Source of the DNA: Thermodesulfobacteriota bacterium
Lineage (GTDB): Bacteria; Desulfobacterota_D; UBA1144
NCBI GenBank assembly: GCA_036337225.1
Contig: JAYZEP010000004.1
Span: 1,252-65,251 of the forward strand
DNA: 64,000 nt
Reading direction: 5' to 3'
The notes beneath the pieces were generated by a model. That model was not told the DNA's origin. It saw only the letters and a program-made list of their open reading frames with translations, and made no database searches. Position 1 is the stretch's first letter. Each line of letters opens with the position of its first letter. Positions 58,594-64,000 of the stretch are shown here, piece after piece. The translations under genes and the position numbers were made by a program.

Positions 58594-59838
58594 CTAAGAA
58601 ATTAGTTCGTTTCTAATTCTGTCTAAGGCAATTAAGCACGTTCTCAACTTGATAGATTCTCGATCGCCATGGAGAAGATATTTTTTTACATCAATATTCT
58701 TCGACTTACTCATACCTATAAACACCGTACCAACAGGCTTATCATTTGTGCCACCGCCAGGGCCGGCTATTCCAGATATGGCAATAGAGATATCGGAATT
58801 AGAGAAGTCGTTTAAATTTTTGACCATTTCAGAAACCGTTTTTTTGCTCACTGCTCCATGAGTCAATAAAGTTTTGCTTTTAATTTTGAGCAAATTACTT
58901 TTTGATTCATTACTATATGTAACCAAAGCAAAGTCAAAGCATTTAGAAGAACCTGGAACATTCGTAATCATATCGGAGAGTAGGCCACCAGTACACGATT
59001 CAGCAATAGTAATCTTGAGTTTTTTCTTTAGCAACATAGAAACAACATGCTCCGCTAAGGTAATATTCTTATCCGTATAAATATAGAGACCTAACAACTT
59101 ACGAATTTTTTTTTCAATATTCTGATTTTCTTTTTTTGCATCACGTAACTTGTTTGATGTAGATATTAGCCTTAGATGTACTTCGAACCTATAAGGTCGA
59201 TAGCCGATGTAAGTATTCTTAAAATTTACCTTTTTAATCTTTTCCGCAATTTCGGATTCGGATAACCCAAAAATTTTTAAGGTTTTAGAAAAGGTATAGA
59301 GATTGCTTTTTCGTTTTTCTATAGCTAGGTCTTTCAGGAAAGTATTCTTAGACATTAGACTAAATTCTTTAGACACGCCCGGCAAAAAATAAAACTTAGT
59401 TGAATTCTTTGTTAAAAAAAATCCCGAGGCTGTACCTATTGAATTGTGAATTATGTCTGATCCTTCTGGGAATAAAGCTTGTTTCTTGTTTAAAGAAGTA
59501 TATTTTCTTTTTCTTTTTGCAAAAATTGATTTTAATTGTGTTTCTATTTGGATATCAAGAATCAGCTTCTTATTGAAATATTCCGAAGCAACCTCACGCG
59601 TTAAATCATCTATAGTAGGACCAAGTCCTCCGGTTAGCAAAACATACTTAGATCTTGAGTTTGCAATTGTAAGCGCAGAAAAAATATCGGCCTTTGAGTC
59701 ACCAACACATTGATGGTAATTGATTTTCAACCCCATTCCAAAGACCTCCTGAGCTAACATAAAAAAATTATTATCTTGTGTTATTCCACATAACAATTCT
59801 TCTCCTATGGTGATCATTTCTATATTGTTTGTTTTCAT
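58594..59838 (-). CDS. cinA: CinA-family protein (MoCF-binding domain + nicotinamide-nucleotide amidase PncC domain)
   Basis: 414 aa with an N-terminal MoCF/MoeA-like domain (LTGGLGPTIDDLT) and the C-terminal CinA motif TIAESCTGG. It is directly upstream of recA. Confidence 0.88.
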   Translation of the reverse strand: MKTNNIEMITIGEELLCGITQDNNFFMLAQEVFGMGLKINYHQCVGDSKADIFSALTIANSRSKYVLLTGGLGPTIDDLTREVASEYFNKKLILDIQIETQLKSIFAKRKRKYTSLNKKQALFPEGSDIIHNSIGTASGFFLTKNSTKFYFLPGVSKEFSLMSKNTFLKDLAIEKRKSNLYTFSKTLKIFGLSESEIAEKIKKVNFKNTYIGYRPYRFEVHLRLISTSNKLRDAKKENQNIEKKIRKLLGLYIYTDKNITLAEHVVSMLLKKKLKITIAESCTGGLLSDMITNVPGSSKCFDFALVTYSNESKSNLLKIKSKTLLTHGAVSKKTVSEMVKNLNDFSNSDISIAISGIAGPGGGTNDKPVGTVFIGMSKSKNIDVKKYLLHGDRESIKLRTCLIALDRIRNELIS

Positions 59839-59921
59839 TTATGAATTTAATAATACCTTGAATATAAGTTTGTAATGCGTAAACTCTCTATTAAATAATC
59901 GAATAAGACTGGGGAGACAAT

Positions 59922-60725
59922 ATGAAGATTGACAATTGGCTTGAAGGACATTGGGCGTTAATTTTAGGAGCATCCAGTGGATTTGGAGCCGAAGTATCAA
60001 GAAAACTTTCGGAATATGGGGTCAACATTCTTGGTATTCATCTCGATAGAAAAAATACAATGAAAAATGTTGACGAAGTTGTTTCTTATGTTGAAAGCAA
60101 TAATGTAAAGGCAAAATTTTTTAACATAAATGCAGCAGATGAGAATAAAAGGAAAGGGGTCCTAGACCAGGCAATAGAACTCGTAGGAGGCTCCGAGAAG
60201 AAAATAAAGATACTTTTACATTCGCTAGCCTTTGGCTCATTAAAACCATATGTGTCAAGCGAAGTGGATAAGAATGTTACTCAAAAGAATATGGATATGA
60301 CCTTAGATGTTATGGCAAATTCCCTTGTTTATTGGGTTCAAGATACCCACTCAAGATCTTTGTTTAGCTCCAATGCTAGAATATATGCCATGACTAGTGC
60401 AGGTAGTAGAAAAATTTGGCCAACTTATGGTCCAGTGTCGGCAGCCAAATCTGCACTTGAATCCCACATTAGACAACTTGCAGTTGAATTGGCTCCAACA
60501 GGAATAACAGCAAACTCTCTTTGTGCCGGAGTTACCCTAACCCCCGCTCTCGAGAAAATTCCTGGCAATGAAGGAATTATCGAAGGAGCATTAAGAAGTA
60601 ATCCCAGCAATCGACTCACACTTACTGAAGATATTTCTGGAAGCATAATAGCCCTATCTCATCCAGGGGCAGATTGGATAACGGGGAATATCATTCGGAT
60701 TGATGGTGGAGAAGAATTATCTTAA
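59922..60725 (+). CDS. SDR-family oxidoreductase, FabL-like enoyl-ACP reductase candidate
   Basis: GASSGFG dinucleotide motif. YGPVSAAKSALESHIRQLAVELAP (Y-x6-K) and the C-terminal half are colinear with my recollection of B. subtilis FabL. Confidence 0.5.
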   Translation: MKIDNWLEGHWALILGASSGFGAEVSRKLSEYGVNILGIHLDRKNTMKNVDEVVSYVESNNVKAKFFNINAADENKRKGVLDQAIELVGGSEKKIKILLHSLAFGSLKPYVSSEVDKNVTQKNMDMTLDVMANSLVYWVQDTHSRSLFSSNARIYAMTSAGSRKIWPTYGPVSAAKSALESHIRQLAVELAPTGITANSLCAGVTLTPALEKIPGNEGIIEGALRSNPSNRLTLTEDISGSIIALSHPGADWITGNIIRIDGGEELS

Positions 60726-62101
60726 TGGATTATGAATTATATATATACAACTCGCTAAACAACAAAAAAGAAATCTTCAAAGAATTAGTTTCCAATAAAG
60801 TAGGGATATACGTTTGTGGACCAACAGTTTACAGCAGTTCCCATATGGGCCACGCAAGATCCGCAATCGTTTTCGATTCAATAGTTAGATTCTTAAAATT
60901 TTTAGGTTATGAAACCACCTATGTAAGAAATTTTACGGATGTAGACGACAAAATAATTGCCAAGGCAGCTGAGCAAAGTATATCGGCAGAGGAGGTAGCC
61001 AATAAATACAAAGAAGAATATCTCCAGGATGTTAAGAGCTTGGGATGTGTAGATCCTGATTTTCAGCCCTGTGTATCAGAAAATATCGACGAAATCATAA
61101 ACCTCATAGAAAAAATTATTGCCCTCAACTATGCGTACGTTGTAGATGGAGAAGTTTATTATGATATTAGCAAATTTGCACGATATGGAGACCTCTCTAA
61201 TCAAAGCACGGACCTAATGCTTTCAAATACAAGATTGGAGGTTAATCCCAACAAGAGAAATGAACTAGATTTTGCTTTATGGAAATCGGCAAAGAAAGGT
61301 GATCCATTTTGGAAAAGTCCTTGGGGAGATGGAAGGCCTGGTTGGCATATAGAATGTTCCGCAATGAGCACAAAGCACCTAGGAGATACCTTTGATATTC
61401 ATGGAGGAGGTAGAGATTTGATATTTCCCCATCATGAAAACGAGATAGCTCAATCTGAATGTGTATCGAATAAGAAATTTGCAAACTATTGGATTCATAA
61501 TGGTCTAATTAGCATAAACGACGAAAAAATGTCTAAGTCTGTTGGGAATATAATTAACATTCAAGATGCATTAAAGGTATGGAATAAAAATATTATAAGA
61601 GTATTTTTCCTAACTCATGGATACAGAACACCTGTGAGTCTTTCAAATGAAGCACTGGAAGAAACCCAAAGAACGCTTATAAATATCAGCAAGAAAATGT
61701 CTATCAATAAGGACACAAACAATAAACAGGCAAGTATGTTTAGGGAGTTATGGATTAGTTCTATGCTCGACGATTTTAATACTGCCCAAGCTATCGGATA
61801 CTACTTTAAATATATCAATGAAGGAATTCTTACGATATCAAACCTTGATTTAATAGAAGAATTTGAAGAAACAATAGGGATTGATGGCTGGAGAGATGAA
61901 ATCAACAATTCCATAAATTTGCAAAAATCATCTAATAGAAATTTTAATGAGGAGCAAATTCAAAAAATAATCTTAGAGAGAGCTAGCGCAAGGGATGCTA
62001 AAGATTGGGAAAAAGCTGACATCCTCAGATCTGAAGCAAAAAAACTTGGCATAAGACTCATAGATAACGAAGACGGAACTTCATGGGAAGAAGACGATTA
62101 A
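60725..62101 (+). CDS. cysS: Cysteine--tRNA ligase
   Basis: HIGH motif HMGHARS, Zn-site region WHIECS, and KMSKS. Confidence 0.95.
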   Translation: MDYELYIYNSLNNKKEIFKELVSNKVGIYVCGPTVYSSSHMGHARSAIVFDSIVRFLKFLGYETTYVRNFTDVDDKIIAKAAEQSISAEEVANKYKEEYLQDVKSLGCVDPDFQPCVSENIDEIINLIEKIIALNYAYVVDGEVYYDISKFARYGDLSNQSTDLMLSNTRLEVNPNKRNELDFALWKSAKKGDPFWKSPWGDGRPGWHIECSAMSTKHLGDTFDIHGGGRDLIFPHHENEIAQSECVSNKKFANYWIHNGLISINDEKMSKSVGNIINIQDALKVWNKNIIRVFFLTHGYRTPVSLSNEALEETQRTLINISKKMSINKDTNNKQASMFRELWISSMLDDFNTAQAIGYYFKYINEGILTISNLDLIEEFEETIGIDGWRDEINNSINLQKSSNRNFNEEQIQKIILERASARDAKDWEKADILRSEAKKLGIRLIDNEDGTSWEEDD

Positions 62102-63075
62102 AACCCTAATAACTCTTTGGCTTTCTCAAATGCTGGAGCCTGTGTTTCCCCCCTACATCCAAACCAACAAGTATTGCATTTCGTATCTGTAAAGAATTCT
62201 GAATTGTATTCAGTATAGTGGCAAACTGCTGGCATTTCGGAACATCTTTTAACGTGCCCATCTGGAGTAACGGTCAACATCGAATGACCAGCATTGCACT
62301 TTGGCCCATAACCATTCTTAAAGAATAGAGGTATTTGGTTCAAGTAGTAGTCACTTGATACTATAGTGTCCCCCCACTCTTTTTTTAAAGATACAAGCTG
62401 ATTGATTACATCTTCTACCTTGTCTGTTTGGTCCTTAATTAGATGCTCGTCATTATTGGCTTTCATGTTTGAGTACGAACTAAAAGATATATTTGCACCC
62501 CACTCTCTTGCTCTTTTTGCCATATCAACAATTTGATCTAAATTTTCATCCATAATTATTGTGTTGATAGATATGGTTTTATTAAGCTCTGAAGAAATGA
62601 GGGGTATCAAAGAAGAAATATGGTCCCATAATCCATCCACGCCTCTATTGACAGAATGTCTATCTCCTAGAAAATCAAGAGAAATAGAAATCTGATCTAA
62701 CCCTACATCGTAAAGCTGTTGTGCCTTCTTTAAATCTAGCAAATCTCCCTTGGTTATTATTCCAGTATACGTAAAAAATGACGCCGACTTGATTTGCCTT
62801 ACAATATCTACAATGTCCTTTCTAAGCATTGGCTCGCCACCAGTTATCATTACCACAAGAGGTCCAATCTTACCTATTACATTGGTATAGTCATCTAATC
62901 TTTCCTCATGTTTTGTTTGCCAATAATCACAAAAATCACATCTAGCATTACAAAGCTTTGTCACCTCAAGATTGACTAATTTTGGAGAATTTAAAAGTTG
63001 TGTTTGGAGAAACTTTGAAAAGCCTAATATTCCAAAGCTAAAAGATTCAAGAAATGATTGATTCCTGTCTAACAT
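62098..63075 (-). CDS. Radical SAM enzyme with C-terminal SPASM/twitch-like Cys cluster, function unknown
   Basis: CNARCDFC (CxxxCxxC) and GGEPML. The C-terminal CNAGHSMLTVTPDGHVKRC fits C-x12-G-x4-C, followed by C...CNTCWFGC. ATG 63075; the ORF-track start at 63078 is a GTG one codon upstream. Confidence 0.75.
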   Translation of the reverse strand: MLDRNQSFLESFSFGILGFSKFLQTQLLNSPKLVNLEVTKLCNARCDFCDYWQTKHEERLDDYTNVIGKIGPLVVMITGGEPMLRKDIVDIVRQIKSASFFTYTGIITKGDLLDLKKAQQLYDVGLDQISISLDFLGDRHSVNRGVDGLWDHISSLIPLISSELNKTISINTIIMDENLDQIVDMAKRAREWGANISFSSYSNMKANNDEHLIKDQTDKVEDVINQLVSLKKEWGDTIVSSDYYLNQIPLFFKNGYGPKCNAGHSMLTVTPDGHVKRCSEMPAVCHYTEYNSEFFTDTKCNTCWFGCRGETQAPAFEKAKELLGF

Positions 63076-63086
63076 CACTAAGAGGC

Positions 63087-63116
63087 ATTATCCCTGGGGC
63101 TAAGAGATATTATCCC
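63087..63116. repeat. 8-bp direct repeat ATTATCCC x2 (period 22 bp) in divergent rSAM/nnr spacer
   Basis: ATTATCCC occurs at 63087-63094 and 63109-63116. TGGGG (63095-63099) and CCCCA (63114-63118) could also pair as a 5-bp stem. Confidence 0.6.
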
Positions 63117-63186
63117 CAAGAATCAAATTTAATTCAATATCACATTGCTATTGGAATGCTAATTTCGATGGTTTATGATTTAAAAT

Positions 63187-64000
63187 ATGAAGTTAGCTTC
63201 AGTTAATCAGATAAAAGAAATTGATTTATTATCAACTTCAAAATATAAAATTCCCAGCAAAACACGAATGGAGATAGCGGGCTTTAAGTGTTTCGAGATA
63301 ATCAAAAAAGAGTACGAGTCCAAGAATGCTCTTATTGTGGTTGGTACCGGCAATAATGGTGGTGATGGATTAGTCGTAGCAAAATATCTTCGTATCTATG
63401 GCTTCAAATGTGAAATATTAATAATCAACAATTCCAAGAAGAGGTCGCCCGACTATTTAGAAAATCTCGATATAGTCAAAAAACTAAAAATTAAAACCAT
63501 AAGGACGTCCAAGGGGTTAAACTTAAAGAAGTTTGATCTTATAGTAGATGCATTATTTGGAGTTGGCCTCAATAGGGGCCTTACAAAAGAAATAAGTAAT
63601 TTGATCAATAGAATTAACTCAACAAAAATTCCCATTTGCTCATTAGATGTACCATCAGGCTTAAATGCTGATACAGGTTCAACATACGGAGCTTGTATGA
63701 ATTCTGATTTAACAATAACTTTCGATTTCGTAAAACCTGGCCTTTTAACCGATCCAGGATATAAATACAGCAAAAAAATTCATCTGGTTAAACTTGCTAC
63801 TCCAATTGAATTATCCAATAAATTAAATAATTTCTTTGTCGATGATAATTTTTTCAATAATTTCTTCAAAGCAAGAAATAAATCTGCTAACAAAGGCAGC
63901 TTCGGGCATGTTCTTGTTATAGGTGGGTCAAAAAATATGTCGGGTGCAGTAAGCATAGCCGGGCTATCTGCATATAAGTCTGGATGTGGGCTAGTAACCT
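63187..64000 (+). CDS. nnr: Bifunctional NAD(P)H-hydrate repair enzyme Nnr (YjeF epimerase + dehydratase), 3' end outside window
   Basis: Open frame from ATG 63187 to the window edge; it is absent from the ORF track because it has no stop. Motifs: VVGTGNNGGDGLVVAKYL, DALFGVGL, DVPSGLNADTG, then the dehydratase-domain start KGSFGHVLVIGGS. Confidence 0.85.
   Translation, partial: MKLASVNQIKEIDLLSTSKYKIPSKTRMEIAGFKCFEIIKKEYESKNALIVVGTGNNGGDGLVVAKYLRIYGFKCEILIINNSKKRSPDYLENLDIVKKLKIKTIRTSKGLNLKKFDLIVDALFGVGLNRGLTKEISNLINRINSTKIPICSLDVPSGLNADTGSTYGACMNSDLTITFDFVKPGLLTDPGYKYSKKIHLVKLATPIELSNKLNNFFVDDNFFNNFFKARNKSANKGSFGHVLVIGGSKNMSGAVSIAGLSAYKSGCGLVT

Noticed and set aside
63047-63088. 13-codon ORF (MPLSDVRQESIIS) overlapping the radical SAM start, considered as a RiPP precursor.
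   Set aside because: It has no Cys, Ser or Thr-rich core and no SD, it is out of frame within the rSAM 5' end, and it is too short to support. There is no evidence beyond an ATG.
63453-63773. 106-aa minus-strand ORF, the only track ORF in the last 900 nt.
   Set aside because: It is antisense to a much better-supported plus-strand frame (nnr/yjeF, open from 63187 to the window end, with multiple family motifs). It is a shadow ORF.
1-64000. Search for CRISPR arrays, IS elements or transposases, integrases next to the tRNA clusters, prophage or defence islands, riboswitches and other ncRNAs in spacers.
   Set aside because: No intergenic gap exceeds ~120 nt. No repeat-spacer periodicity or inverted terminal repeats were seen, and no recombinase- or nuclease-like ORFs. 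The larger spacers (5326-5421, 22986-23073, 30229-30328, 46128-46248, 59839-59921, 63076-63186) look like plain AT-rich divergent-promoter or leader regions.

Overview
This is a dense, AT-rich bacterial chromosomal segment (roughly one-third G+C by eye, not computed), made up almost entirely of core housekeeping genes. I call about 68 protein genes. Two are cut by the window edges: parA at the 5' end, and an nnr/yjeF gene at the 3' end that the ORF track misses because it has no stop. There are also six tRNAs (Pro-GGG, Arg-ACG, Ser-GCU, Asp-GUC, Val-UAC, Leu-UAG; none encodes its CCA end) and one stand-alone 5S rRNA. By my tally of the coordinates below, only about 1.7 kb (~2.6%) is intergenic. 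All nine convergent gene pairs end within 9 nt of each other or overlap, which suggests a streamlined genome. I cannot assign a taxon by eye. Recognisable blocks in order: parAB-purSQ; tusA-like/cysteine synthase/JAMM/SDR; pyrD; ftsK-cobB; pdxA-tatD-nrdR-glyA; uvrA; suhB; rpiB-like-asd-dapA-rnhB; MerR-like + tRNA-Pro; surE-yqaA-apt-aroB-trmB; plsC; DAHP synthase; rpsU-dnaG-rpoD-5S-purN; tkt; eno-leuCD; rpoN-ptsN-short hprK-EIIA(Man)-unknown-HAD; ccr; trpS; trmH; sarcosine-oxidase-like; then a 19-kb minus-strand run cinA-recA-tsaB-ilvBNC-psd-pssA-M16 peptidase-tRNALeu-tig-clpP-clpX-lon-tRNAVal-tRNAAsp-DUF4301-like-tRNASer-tRNAArg; fabL-like-cysS; radical SAM; nnr. I found no CRISPR array, transposase, integrase, prophage or recognisable defence gene, and no intergenic gap longer than ~120 nt that could hide one. 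I do not see a clear-cut novel multigene system. The most unusual items are: (1) an orphan 5S rRNA with its own promoter, wedged 12 nt upstream of purN; (2) a tusA-cysM-JAMM operon lacking the expected ubiquitin-like carrier; (3) a ClpP whose catalytic Asp column reads Asn; (4) an AHAS large-subunit homolog without the GDG...NN ThDP motif; (5) a perfect 18-bp tandem direct repeat directly upstream of recA; (6) an uncharacterised 107-aa gene in the slot where NPr normally sits in the PTS-Ntr cluster. All motif comparisons are from memory of family consensus sequences and need HMM or alignment confirmation.
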